From NCBI GenBank assembly GCA_046484865.1, contig JAWOID010000057.1:1-33158 (forward strand): DNA of 33,158 nt. The letters run 5' to 3'. How positions within the stretch are numbered: position 1 is the first letter of the stretch; each line of letters opens with the position of its first letter. The stretch comes from Candidatus Krumholzibacteriia bacterium (GTDB lineage Bacteria; Krumholzibacteriota; Krumholzibacteriia; LZORAL124-64-63). The notes under the pieces are model-generated. The model was not told where the DNA came from. It was given only the letters and a program-made list of their open reading frames with translations, and ran no database searches. The position numbers were made by a program, and so were the translations under genes. Shown in pieces: positions 8,235 to 17,411 of the stretch.

Positions 8235-8252
8235 TCCCTCGTGTGGCACGAC

Positions 8253-9377
8253 CTAGGAGCAGCGGTCTGCGATGGCTTCCGCCATCTCCGTCGTCTTCGA
8301 CCGGCCGCCCATGTCGTACGTCCGCACCTTGCCCTCGGCGATCACCTCGGTCACGGCCTTTTCCAGGCGGCCGGCCAGGTCGAGTTCGCCGAGGTGGTCC
8401 AGCATCATCTTGGCGGACAGGATCATGGCGATCGGATTCACCTTGTTCTGCCCGACGTACTTGGGCGCGCTGCCGTGGGACGGCTCGAAGATGCCCAGTT
8501 CGTCGCCGATGTTGCCGCTGCAGGCGAAGCCCAGCCCGCCCACGAGCTGCGCGCACAGGTCGCTGAGAATGTCGCCGAACATGTTGCTGGAGACCAGGAC
8601 GCCGTAGTCCTGAGGATTCTTGATGAGCCACATGCACATGGCATCGATGTTGGTCTCCCAAAGCTCGACGCCGGGGTAGTCGCGCGCGACCTTCCGGGCC
8701 TCGCGCACCATCAGCCCGCTGGTCTCGCGCACCACGTTGGGCTTCTCCACCACCGTGACCGACTTGTAGCCGAACGAGCGGGCGTACTCGAACGCGGCCC
8801 GCACGATGTCTTGACACCCCTTGCGGGTGAAGACCCGGCAGGAGACGGCGATGTCCTCGCCGGCGGTCGCGGCCAGGCGCTTCATCTGCGCGGGATGCGA
8901 CTCGGCGAACGCGTCGCGCAGCTTCTGCGGGAGGGGGTGATACTCGATCCCCATGTACAGGCCCTCGGTGTTCTGCCGGAACACGACCAGATCGAGGTCG
9001 TCGCGGTAGTTCAGCGGGTTGCCGGCGTAGGCCTTGCAGGGCCGCAGGTTCGTCTTCAGATCGAACTCCTGCCTCAGCCGGACGATGGGGCTGCGGTACA
9101 CGTGCCCCTGGCCTTGCAGATCCGCCACCAGCTCCTGCTCCGCCTCCTCCTTCGGCTTGCTGGTGATGGCGCCGAAGAGGGCCGCATCCACGGATCGGAG
9201 CATCTCCAGCGTCCTGTCCGGCAAGGGGTTGCCCTCCGTGCGCCAGAACTCCCAGCCGATGTCGCCGTGAACGTATTCGGCGTCGAAGCCAAGCCGATCC
9301 AGCACGATCCGGGTGGCGTCCATCACGTCGACGCCCACCCCGTCGCCGGGCAGCCAGCCGATCCGGTATCTCGCCAT
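8253..9377 (-). CDS. Isocitrate/isopropylmalate (beta-decarboxylating) dehydrogenase family protein
   Basis: LPGDGVGVDV, ALFGAITS, NLRPC, RQNTEGLY, NMFGDILSD, FEPSHGSAP, NPIAMILS, RTYDMGG; CAGGAGG RBS. Substrate cannot be assigned by eye. Confidence 0.93.
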   Translation of the reverse strand: MARYRIGWLPGDGVGVDVMDATRIVLDRLGFDAEYVHGDIGWEFWRTEGNPLPDRTLEMLRSVDAALFGAITSKPKEEAEQELVADLQGQGHVYRSPIVRLRQEFDLKTNLRPCKAYAGNPLNYRDDLDLVVFRQNTEGLYMGIEYHPLPQKLRDAFAESHPAQMKRLAATAGEDIAVSCRVFTRKGCQDIVRAAFEYARSFGYKSVTVVEKPNVVRETSGLMVREARKVARDYPGVELWETNIDAMCMWLIKNPQDYGVLVSSNMFGDILSDLCAQLVGGLGFACSGNIGDELGIFEPSHGSAPKYVGQNKVNPIAMILSAKMMLDHLGELDLAGRLEKAVTEVIAEGKVRTYDMGGRSKTTEMAEAIADRCS

Positions 9378-9390
9378 CGCATGCCTCCTG

Positions 9391-9430
9391 GTCAGTCGGT
9401 GTCGTCAGTCGGTGTCGGTCAGTCGATGTG
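9391..9430. repeat. 3 x 13-bp direct repeat in the dehydrogenase leader
   Basis: GTCAGTCGGTGTC at 9391 and 9404, GTCAGTCGATGTG at 9418. Confidence 0.85.
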
Positions 9431-9524
9431 CGTCGCCCGCCGCCGCTCCGGCGGTCGGTCGCGCGGGAATCCGCCCAAGATAGATGGTGGCTGCGGGCTG
9501 TCCAGGTCGATCGGCGGGGTCCGC

Positions 9525-10868
9525 CTACTGCGTCCCGGCCTCGCGATCGGAGATCTCCGACTGCAGCTGCGACCACAACTGCTCCATCGTCGGACTCTCC
9601 GCCTGCAGCCGGTTGCGTTCGTCCAGCTTGTAGGTGAGCCCCAGCGAGAGCAGCACGAAGTAGAGCGGTACGAGGTACGGCAGCAGGCGGCGCCAGCCGG
9701 CCCGGCTCAGAAGCTCGCTGGTGCCCCGGACACCGGCGGCGAGGATCACGCAGAAGCCCAGCGACGTGACGTAGAGGTGAGTGAGGTTCAACCAGTGTCC
9801 ACTCTCCGGCATGCCGGAGAAGGGCAACACCGTGATGAAGGTCCAGGCGATGAAGAAGCGGACGGCCGCGTTGCCGAAGAGGAAGCCGAAGAAGCTGTAC
9901 GAGATGATGGCCAGCGTGATGAGGACGCGGATGATCGACCGCGCGGTATGCAGCCAGCTCACCCAGAACGGCGCATCTTCCAGCAGCGAGCTGGTCTGCA
10001 GGGGGAAGAACATCAGCACGAGATACCGGAAGACGTTCTTGATGCTGATCCAGGTGTAGGTGATCGGCTCCGCCTGGGCGCGCAGCGCCGAGGGACTTTC
10101 GAAGCCCCAGCGGTCCTGGGCGATGTAGAAGACGGCTCCCACCGCGGCGAAGAGCAGCAGCCCGAGATCCAGCACCGGCCGCCCCGCCCGTTGCCGGTAG
10201 AAGAGGGCCTTGTACGCCACGATCGCGCCGAGCAGCGAGACGTACGACACGCGGGTGAACCCGGCGAGCACGAACAGCAGCAGACCCAGCAGGTAGTACG
10301 GCGACGTGGTGCGGCCCTCGTGACGGAAGTCGTTCCGGATGAAGAAGTAGAGGACCAGGATGTGCATCATGGCCAGCAGCAGGGGCTCGAGCTGCGCCAC
10401 ACCCATCAGCACCTTGCCGTAGCTGCCCACCCCGAGGGCGAAGAGCAGCGCCGCCAGCGGCGCGATGCGGTGACGCGGGAAGAGCATGTTCACGAGCATG
10501 TAGACGAGGAAGGCGTTGGTGGCGTGCACGAACAGGTTGACGGCCTGATAGCCGGCGGGATCGAGGCCGAAGAGCCGGTACTCGAGAACGAAGACCAGCT
10601 GCAGGATGGGCTGGCTGAAGTACGCGCCGAGGTGCCGGAGCATCGACCACGGGTCGCGGCTGAGCTGCGCGGCCTCCGCCAGGATCTGGAGGTCGAGCGG
10701 ATTCCAGAAGGGAGTGGTCAGGAGCCGGCCGAAGACGGCGAAGACCACCAGGATCAGGAGCAGGTAGACCGGCGCGTGCACCCCGAAGCGCTTCAGGCCG
10801 CTGTCAGGCGGCGGCACGACTTCGGGTGCTCTCGAACTCATGGCATCTGTCTTCATGGGTTGTTTCAT
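9525..10868 (-). CDS. Polytopic membrane protein, GT-C (ArnT/PMT/TMTC-like) glycosyltransferase-like
   Basis: Many hydrophobic segments; YRLFGLDPAGYQAVNLFVHATNAFLVY resembles the GT-C N-terminal block; start uncertain (10868/10856/10841). Confidence 0.6.
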   Translation of the reverse strand: MKQPMKTDAMSSRAPEVVPPPDSGLKRFGVHAPVYLLLILVVFAVFGRLLTTPFWNPLDLQILAEAAQLSRDPWSMLRHLGAYFSQPILQLVFVLEYRLFGLDPAGYQAVNLFVHATNAFLVYMLVNMLFPRHRIAPLAALLFALGVGSYGKVLMGVAQLEPLLLAMMHILVLYFFIRNDFRHEGRTTSPYYLLGLLLFVLAGFTRVSYVSLLGAIVAYKALFYRQRAGRPVLDLGLLLFAAVGAVFYIAQDRWGFESPSALRAQAEPITYTWISIKNVFRYLVLMFFPLQTSSLLEDAPFWVSWLHTARSIIRVLITLAIISYSFFGFLFGNAAVRFFIAWTFITVLPFSGMPESGHWLNLTHLYVTSLGFCVILAAGVRGTSELLSRAGWRRLLPYLVPLYFVLLSLGLTYKLDERNRLQAESPTMEQLWSQLQSEISDREAGTQ

Positions 10869-11061
10869 GGGCGGCTCTCGCGTTCCGCGCCGGAACCGGT
10901 CGCAAACAAGCCGCTCAAGTCTAACCCCCGCCGGGTCCCGGGGCCATGGCGAAATCGGGGTCGTGGCCCTGCGTCGCCGCGGCGGCTTGTTGCCGCCGTG
11001 GTCAGCCGGCGGTAGACTCCAGGGCCCACGAGAGACGCTGGCAGGGAGAGATGGAGAGATC

Positions 11062-11712
11062 ATGACGGAAACCTACGATGGTGCCTACGCCCAGCATGCG
11101 GACTACTTCGGACGGCAGGCGAGCAAGTTGCTGCGGCAGTACGAGCAAATGGTTCCCGCCGACGCCCGGGTGCTCGACCTCGGAGTCGGCCAGGGACGGA
11201 ACGCACTTCCCCTGGCGGCGCACGGCTGTCACGTGACCGGCGTCGATACCAGCGCCACGGCCATCGCTCAGGCGGAGGCCCGCGCCCGGGAGCAGCGCCT
11301 GGAGATGGATTTCTGGCAGGGGAACTTCCTCGATTACCAGCCGGAGCTGCCGTTCGACGCGGTGCTCTGCTTCGGGCTCCTGCAGATGCTCGATCGAGGC
11401 AGCGGCGCCAGCCTCGTGCACCGCTGGTTCGAGTGGACCCGCCCCGGCGGGGTCCTGTTCGTCACGGCGTGGCACGTGGACGACCCGGAGTTCCCGCAGA
11501 TCCTCGACAGCTGGGAACGCACCGGTCTGCACACGTTCCGCAGCCCGGAAGGAGAGAACCGGCTCTACCTGGCACGAGACGAGATCCTGGACCTGCTGCT
11601 CGGCTGGCGTGTGGTGCATCACTGGGAGGGACTCGGGCCGGAGCATCGTCACGGCGACGGTGCGCCGGAGCAGCACGGGGAAGTCGAGGCGGTCGCGGTG
11701 CGACTCGGCTGA
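11062..11712 (+). CDS. Class I SAM-dependent methyltransferase (TehB-like)
   Basis: VLDLGVGQGRNALPLA, VTGVDTS, FDAVLC, TRPGG; GGAGAG RBS. Confidence 0.88.
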   Translation: MTETYDGAYAQHADYFGRQASKLLRQYEQMVPADARVLDLGVGQGRNALPLAAHGCHVTGVDTSATAIAQAEARAREQRLEMDFWQGNFLDYQPELPFDAVLCFGLLQMLDRGSGASLVHRWFEWTRPGGVLFVTAWHVDDPEFPQILDSWERTGLHTFRSPEGENRLYLARDEILDLLLGWRVVHHWEGLGPEHRHGDGAPEQHGEVEAVAVRLG

Positions 11713-11737
11713 TCGGCCCCACCGGGGTCCGATTTCG

Positions 11738-11746
11738 TGCTATCAT
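11738..11746 (+). promoter_or_regulatory. Extended -10 element (TG-n-TATCAT) upstream of the ACT gene leader
   Basis: TGCTATCAT in an otherwise GC-rich intergenic region. Confidence 0.4.
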
Positions 11747-11972
11747 GGTCTCGAGGAGATCCTGCAACACGACCGCCCCTCGGCGCGTAGGTTCGGCATG
11801 CCCGGGCGCCCGAGGGGACGGGGCTAACGAGCTTCGCAGCAGCACGCCCACCGCTCGATTCGACATCGGATTCGCCTGGCCCCGGCCGCTCGCAGCGCAG
11901 GATGCTCCAGTCCACGGTCCCGCACCGGGGGGAGCGGTGACCGCGGAACACCCGCGTGGAAGGAGGGCCGTC

Positions 11973-12446
11973 ATGGCGGCCACCATCTACTCCGTGGACT
12001 ACTACACCACCACCGTCGAGGATCGTCCCGGACAGGGCTGTCGGTTTCTCGAACTGCTTGCCGCGGAAGACGTCAACCTGCTGGCGTTCAACGCATTTCC
12101 GGTGGGCCGCGACCGCACGCAGCTCATCATCTATCCGCTGAACACGACCTGGCTGGCGGACGTCGCCCGGCGGCGTCGCATTCGCCTGGTGGGCCCGCGC
12201 CATGCCTTCATGGTCCATGGGGACGACTCGCTGGTCGCCCTCACGGGCATCCACCAGAAACTGTGGGACGCTCAGATCAACGTGGCCGGCAGCAGTGGCG
12301 TCGCCAACGGTCGAGGCGGCTACCGTTACATCATGCATGTGGCCGCCGAGGACTTCGAGCGGGCCTGCGTGATCCTGGACGTGGATCGTACGGTGGGACC
12401 CGATCTGCAGCTGAAGATCTTCCGGCGCTTCCAGGCCATCGGCTAG
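11973..12446 (+). CDS. Stand-alone tandem ACT-like domain protein
   Basis: AAGGAGG RBS; VEDRPGQG...LAAEDVNLLAF and GDDSLVAL...LWDAQINV resemble two ACT repeats. Confidence 0.65.
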   Translation: MAATIYSVDYYTTTVEDRPGQGCRFLELLAAEDVNLLAFNAFPVGRDRTQLIIYPLNTTWLADVARRRRIRLVGPRHAFMVHGDDSLVALTGIHQKLWDAQINVAGSSGVANGRGGYRYIMHVAAEDFERACVILDVDRTVGPDLQLKIFRRFQAIG

Positions 12447-12495
12447 CCGGCACCGGCGAGTCGGCTGCGCCCTGAGCGGGACGGTTGCTGCCGTA

Positions 12496-12524
12496 TTGCC
12501 CGCCGCCGCTCCCCCTGCTACCTT
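12496..12524 (+). promoter_or_regulatory. sigma70-type promoter for the MenG/UbiE gene
   Basis: TTGCCC-N17-TACCTT with a TG extended -10. Confidence 0.4.
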
Positions 12525-12584
12525 CTGCTGACGCTCGCCTTGCCGCTCCTTCCTTCCAGACCGGTCAGCGAGGAGATCGCCCCC

Positions 12585-13352
12585 ATGGCGCGCCTGGATG
12601 AGGTCCATCGCCGCGACGAAGGTGTGTGGCGCGTGAGGGACGCCGCCGCTCACGGGCGTCGTGTGCGCTCGATGTTCGCCCGCATCAGCGGCGGCTACGA
12701 CCGGATGAACCACCTGCTGAGCCTGAACCTCGACCAGAGCTGGCGCCGGAACCTGGCTCGACGCCTCGACGACGACGCCTGGGAGGTGCTGGACCTCTGC
12801 GCCGGTACCGGCGACCTGGCGCTGGCCTGCCGCCGCGCGGGCAAGGGGCGGGCGTGGCTGGCGGCGGATTTCTGCCCCGAGATGCTGCGCGGCGCCCGCG
12901 GCAAGGACGGCGCCGAGGACTTGCGGCCGGTCGTCGCCGACTGCCTGCGGCTGCCGCTGCCTGACTGGACCGTGGACGCGGTGGTCGTCGGTTTCGGGGT
13001 CCGCAACCTGGCCGACGTGCGCGCCGGACTGGACGAGATGACGCGCGTGCTGCGACCCGGCGGTCAGATCGCGCTGCTGGACTTCTATCGTGATGCTCCC
13101 GCGGCGGCGGGTGAGGAGCGCGGCAAGGCGCTTCCCGCGCGGTGGCTGGTGAACTCGGTGGTGCCGCTGCTGGGCCGTGCGATGGTCGGCGACGGACACG
13201 CCTACGGATACCTGCCCGGCAGTGTGGGCGAATTCCTGACGCCCGGGCAGATGGCGTCGCTACTGCGAGAGTACGGCTACGTGAACATCTACGTGCAGAG
13301 GCAGACCTTCGGCATCGCCCATCTGGTCGGCGGCAGGCGGCCCTCGGCTTGA
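12585..13352 (+). CDS. menG: Demethylmenaquinone/ubiquinone methyltransferase (MenG/UbiE)
   Basis: VRSMFARISGGYDRMNHLLSL..DQSWRR, VLDLCAGTGDLA, GFGVRNL, RVLRPGG, AYGYLPGSV; GAGGAG RBS. Confidence 0.88.
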   Translation: MARLDEVHRRDEGVWRVRDAAAHGRRVRSMFARISGGYDRMNHLLSLNLDQSWRRNLARRLDDDAWEVLDLCAGTGDLALACRRAGKGRAWLAADFCPEMLRGARGKDGAEDLRPVVADCLRLPLPDWTVDAVVVGFGVRNLADVRAGLDEMTRVLRPGGQIALLDFYRDAPAAAGEERGKALPARWLVNSVVPLLGRAMVGDGHAYGYLPGSVGEFLTPGQMASLLREYGYVNIYVQRQTFGIAHLVGGRRPSA

Positions 13353-13619
13353 ATGTCGCCGCTCCGCCCCCCTGCGTACTGTATGCAACATGGGGGGCCG
13401 CCCGATGTTCGCCCCACGTTCTCCTGTCTAGGTTGTGGCACGTCCCGGGGTGGTTCGCATCGCCCCACGGTCGGGCCGCTTCACCGGCCCCCAGCCATTG
13501 CGACCCGGCCGCGACGGCCCGCCGACGATCCCCCGGCGGGCCGTCATCATTCCCAGCACGTGACGGCTCGAAGAATGTGCTCGCGCGAATCCGCTAGGTG
13601 TGGCCAAGGAGGTGCCGGC

Positions 13620-13871
13620 GTGCAGCGAGACATGGACGGAGTCCCCGGCGATCGGGTCTCGAGCGGCGATTCCGGCGATTCAGGCGACGACCGGAAGCCG
13701 GGACGCCGTAAAAGCAGCCCGGGACGCGACCTGGGGTCGCGAGAGGACGTTCCGCGCCGCTCCATCCGTTTCCGGCGCCGCTCACGGCCGCGGCCCCCGT
13801 TGTGGCCGCTGGCAGGCGCCGCTCTGCTGCTGCTGCTGCTGATCCTGATCTCACGCTGGCTGGCGAGTTGA
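13620..13871 (+). CDS. Small protein with a single C-terminal transmembrane helix
   Basis: AAGGAGG 7 nt before GTG; charged N-terminus, then LWPLAGAALLLLLLILISRWLAS. Confidence 0.5.
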   Translation: MQRDMDGVPGDRVSSGDSGDSGDDRKPGRRKSSPGRDLGSREDVPRRSIRFRRRSRPRPPLWPLAGAALLLLLLILISRWLAS

Positions 13872-13944
13872 ACGTCCCGGGAGTCTCGTGCGGGGCAAGA
13901 CGGCGCGCTGGTCGCGAGGGTCCGGGCCGGCAGGTGCCGGCGCG

Positions 13945-14763
13945 TCACTCCCGCCGGAAGATGTGGAACCCGTACACGCTCTCGATCACCGGCGACACCT
14001 CTCCCGGTTCCAGGTGGAAGAGCACGGAGTCGATCTCGGGCGACAGTGCTCCGGGCTCCACCCAGCCCAGGTCGCCGCAGCGGGCACGGTTGCTCGCGTC
14101 GTCGGAGCACTCCAGCGCCAGACGGCAGAACTGTTCCGGTTCGGCGAGGGCGCGGCCGTGCCACTTCGCCGCCGCGGCAGCCGCCTCGGCGCGGGTGCGC
14201 GAGAGAGCGGCCGGAGCCATCTTCGCCCCCGTCCACTGCACCAGGATGTGCCTGGCCCGGATCCGCTGCACGGGTTCGCGGCGCAGGACGTGGAAACCGA
14301 ACGGGGTCTCCACGGGCCCGCCCACCTGCCCTTCCTGCAGCGCGAAGAGCGTGAGCTCGATCTCGGGGAGGGCCTCCCCGCGCCGGAAGACTCCGAGGTA
14401 ACCGCCGCGCTCGGCCGTGCGCGGATCGTCGGAATTCTTGCGGGCCAGTTCCTCGAACCGGCCGCGCCGGGTGCGCAGGAGCACCACGATGCGCCGGGCG
14501 ATCTCCTCGGCCTGGGCACGGGTGCGCGCGAGATCGGCGGGGGCGCCGACGCAGCCGCGGAAGGTGACCAGGACGTGGCTCGCCGCCGCCGCCTCGCTGG
14601 CCTCTTCGCCCGCCGGGCCGGTGCCCTCGCCACCCCCGTCGGCGGGACTGTCGTCGCGGCAGGCGCCCAGCAGGACGATGCCGGCCAGCATCGCCGCTGC
14701 CGCGAGCGCCGTCGCAGCCGGTCCCGGGCGGCGGACGCGCCGCCGGATTTCTCTACAGTTCAT
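13945..14763 (-). CDS. Parvulin-type peptidyl-prolyl isomerase lipoprotein, two rotamase domains
   Basis: LGAC lipobox; ASHVLV...FEELARKNSDD..GGYLG..ETPFGFHVL, repeated as ARHILV...SDD..GDLGW..ESVYGFHIF. Confidence 0.92.
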   Translation of the reverse strand: MNCREIRRRVRRPGPAATALAAAAMLAGIVLLGACRDDSPADGGGEGTGPAGEEASEAAAASHVLVTFRGCVGAPADLARTRAQAEEIARRIVVLLRTRRGRFEELARKNSDDPRTAERGGYLGVFRRGEALPEIELTLFALQEGQVGGPVETPFGFHVLRREPVQRIRARHILVQWTGAKMAPAALSRTRAEAAAAAAKWHGRALAEPEQFCRLALECSDDASNRARCGDLGWVEPGALSPEIDSVLFHLEPGEVSPVIESVYGFHIFRRE

Positions 14764-14822
14764 GACGAGACGGCCGATGTTCCGGGGGAAGTCCCCGTCC
14801 TCGCCAGAGATCGTGAGGTGCC

Positions 14823-15194
14823 ATGGTGACCGTCAACCCCCCATTGTCCGACACCTTGCCGGTCCTCGATACGTCCCGACTGCTGACCGACTTCGGCGAC
14901 AGCCCGGAGGTGCTCTCCGAGCTGCGCGACCTCTTCCTGGAACACGTCGCGCCGCAGGCCGAAGCGATCGCCGCCGCCGTGGCAGCCGGCGATCCGGTGC
15001 GTCTCGCCGACCAGGCCCACAACCTCAAGGGCGCCTGCTCCACCTATGGTGCGTTGCGCCTGACGGCCGTGTGTCACGCGCTGGAACTGGCGGGCAAGGG
15101 AGGCGAACTCACGACGGCCGCCGCCCTGCTGCCTCACCTCGACGACGAGATCGCACGGCTGGTGGAGCACCTCGGAGCGATCACTGCCCGTTAA
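14823..15194 (+). CDS. Stand-alone Hpt phosphotransfer protein
   Basis: AHNLKGACSTYGA...LTAVCHALE; GAGG RBS. Confidence 0.88.
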   Translation: MVTVNPPLSDTLPVLDTSRLLTDFGDSPEVLSELRDLFLEHVAPQAEAIAAAVAAGDPVRLADQAHNLKGACSTYGALRLTAVCHALELAGKGGELTTAAALLPHLDDEIARLVEHLGAITAR

Positions 15195-16062
15195 ACGCCG
15201 GGAGACCGGTCAGTTCCACGATCCTGCGCGCGAGCAGGTGGTAGATCTGCATCTCCCAGTCCACCATCCCCGCTCGCATGTGCAGATGACGCAGGTAAGT
15301 GAGGAACTTGCGCCGCTCCCACTCGCTGTAGCCCAGTCCCTCCATGGCATAGGCGAGATGGGCGTACATGCTGTCCAGCTCGAACTGGGTGGGAAGGCGT
15401 GTGCCCCGGTGGGGGTGACGGACCGCCATCTCCGGATGCGGCGGCCGGCGCGGGTCGCCACCGGACGCAGGCGACCGGCGGGTCGGCGGCGGTAGCCCCG
15501 CCTCGGTGCGCAGGAAGGCCTGCCGCACTTCCCAGGCGTAGAGCATCACGGCCATGGCCAGGTTGAGCGACGGCTGGTCTTCCGAGGTGTCCACCCGCGA
15601 GAGGTAGCGGCAGATGTCCGCCTCGTCGTTGGACAGGCCGGTCCGCTCGGTGCCGAAGAGGATGACCACCGTGCCGTCGCGGCTGTGTTCCGCCACGCGG
15701 GCGGCGGCCTCGCCCGGGGTGAGCAGCGCATGCTTGCGCAGTTGCCGCCGGCGGGCGGTGGTGCCCACCACCACCACCGCGTCGGCCACCGCGGTGTCGA
15801 GGGTATCGTGCAGCTCGGCCGCGTCGAGCACGTCCTGCGCTCCGTGGGCCAGGGCCCGTGCCGACCGGCCCCGGGGATTCAGCGGCGCGATCAGTCGCAG
15901 GCGCTTCAGACCCATGGTCTTCATGGCGCGGCAGGTCGAACCGATGTTGGCGGGCTCGGTGGTATGGCTGAGGACCACCACCACGTTGTCGGGGTCGGGT
16001 CGCGAGGCGCGTTCGGGAGTGGTCGGCGCCGGGTCCGGTGACGGCGACCGTCCCTCGGTCAT
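15181..16062 (-). CDS. SPOUT RNA methyltransferase, TrmJ/LasT type
   Basis: EPANIGSTCRAMKTMG, VGTTARRR, LFGTERTGLSNDE, PSLNLAMAV; ATGA overlap with the rlmD stop. Confidence 0.88.
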   Translation of the reverse strand: MTEGRSPSPDPAPTTPERASRPDPDNVVVVLSHTTEPANIGSTCRAMKTMGLKRLRLIAPLNPRGRSARALAHGAQDVLDAAELHDTLDTAVADAVVVVGTTARRRQLRKHALLTPGEAAARVAEHSRDGTVVILFGTERTGLSNDEADICRYLSRVDTSEDQPSLNLAMAVMLYAWEVRQAFLRTEAGLPPPTRRSPASGGDPRRPPHPEMAVRHPHRGTRLPTQFELDSMYAHLAYAMEGLGYSEWERRKFLTYLRHLHMRAGMVDWEMQIYHLLARRIVELTGLPAFNGQ

Positions 16063-17411
16063 GGCGAGCGGTCCTCCGTCCGGCGGTCGTCTGCCGGCCC
16101 GGGGGTGAGCAGCACGAGCGTCTCCACGTGCGCGGTCTGCGGGAACATGTCCAGGACCCGGACGTGCCGGATGACCTGACCGCCATCGCTCAGGAGCCGG
16201 CAGTCCCGGGCCAGGGTGGCCGGGTCGCAGCTCATGTAGATCACGGCCGCCGGGCGCGCTTCCAGGAGTGCGCGGCAGGTTTCCGCACCGAGGCCGGCCC
16301 GCGGCGGGTCCACCACGCAGCATCCCTCCGCCAGGGCCGCGCGCGGAAGCAGGTCGGTGTCCGCGAGGGCGTCCTCCGCCGTGCGCACCACGGCCTGCCC
16401 CCGGTCGCGGGCGACCGGATCGCGGCGGATGTTGTTGTCGGCGTCCTGGACCGACCCCGGATCGGCGTCGGCCGCCACGAGGCGCTCGAACCGGTCCGCC
16501 AGCGCCAGGCTGAACAATCCGACGCCGCTGTAGAGGTCCGCGAGCAGACGACCCGCGCCCGGCAACTCGTCCAGCCAGGTTCGCACCTGCGCCACCGCTC
16601 GCTCGGCCACGGCGAGGTTGGTCTGGAAGAAGCTCTGGGCGCTCACCTTGTACTTCTTGCCCGCACAGTGCACGACCAGGTAGTCGCGTCCCCAGACCGG
16701 ACGGTTGTTGAACTGGATCCCCGCGCAGCCGGATGCCGGCGGCCGATCCGCGGCACCTTCGGTGGTCAGCTTGCGCAGGATCTTCATGCGCTGCGGGTTG
16801 CCGTACATGCTCACCAGCCAGCGGTCCTGGTGATCGAACCGCAAGACCAGCTGCTCCACCGGTGGCAGCAGCCTCAGCCAGGGCAGGATGTCGCGCGTGA
16901 AGATCTCCGGCACCAGCAGGCAGGTCTCCAGGGGCAGGACGTCGCGGGTGCCGCGTCGGCGGAGCCCGTAGGGTCCCATGGGCGAGGCGAAGAGGCGCAG
17001 CTGGTTGCGATAGTGCAGCGGCGGCAGGTCGGCGTCGGGCCCCTCGATCCGGTCGCCCACGTCCAGGCCTCCCAGACGGCGGAAGCAGTCGGCCACGATC
17101 TCGCGCTTGGCCGTCCGCTGGGCGGCGTCGGTGAGGTGCTGCAGGTCGCAACCGCCGCACAGGCCCACTCCGAAGTGCGGGCAGGGTCCGGGCCGACGGT
17201 CCGGTCCCGGCGTGAGCACTTCCTCCACCGTTCCGGTCACGAAGCTGCGACGCACCTGCTCGAGGCGGACGCGCACCTCGTCGCCGGGTGCCGTCAACGG
17301 CACGAAGACGGTGCGGCCCTCGTGGTGTGCGAGGCCGGCGCCGCCGGTGACGATCTTCTCCACGTGGAGCGTGACCGTCGGGTCGTTGCTGCCGGGGACT
17401 GCGTCTTGCAT
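16059..17411 (-). CDS. rlmD: 23S rRNA m5U methyltransferase (RlmD/TrmA family, TRAM domain)
   Basis: TRAM (VFVPLTAPGDEV), CPHF...CGGCDLQH, SFFQTN, DLYSGVGLFS, DPPRAG, YMSCDPATLARD, DMFPQTAHVE. Confidence 0.88.
   Translation of the reverse strand: MQDAVPGSNDPTVTLHVEKIVTGGAGLAHHEGRTVFVPLTAPGDEVRVRLEQVRRSFVTGTVEEVLTPGPDRRPGPCPHFGVGLCGGCDLQHLTDAAQRTAKREIVADCFRRLGGLDVGDRIEGPDADLPPLHYRNQLRLFASPMGPYGLRRRGTRDVLPLETCLLVPEIFTRDILPWLRLLPPVEQLVLRFDHQDRWLVSMYGNPQRMKILRKLTTEGAADRPPASGCAGIQFNNRPVWGRDYLVVHCAGKKYKVSAQSFFQTNLAVAERAVAQVRTWLDELPGAGRLLADLYSGVGLFSLALADRFERLVAADADPGSVQDADNNIRRDPVARDRGQAVVRTAEDALADTDLLPRAALAEGCCVVDPPRAGLGAETCRALLEARPAAVIYMSCDPATLARDCRLLSDGGQVIRHVRVLDMFPQTAHVETLVLLTPGPADDRRTEDRSP

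Noticed and set aside
7426..8249. Short ORFs within the structured intergenic region (7426-7632, 7538-7993, 7670-7975, 7779-8249)
   Set aside because: No motifs, atypical codon usage and no convincing RBS; cannot be fully excluded without RNAcode or Ribo-seq
13377..13392. LexA-like TACTGTATG
   Set aside because: No ACAG half-site at the required N8 spacing
15181..15194. 14-bp convergent overlap of the Hpt and TrmJ-like 3' ends
   Set aside because: Short convergent overlaps are common in compact genomes
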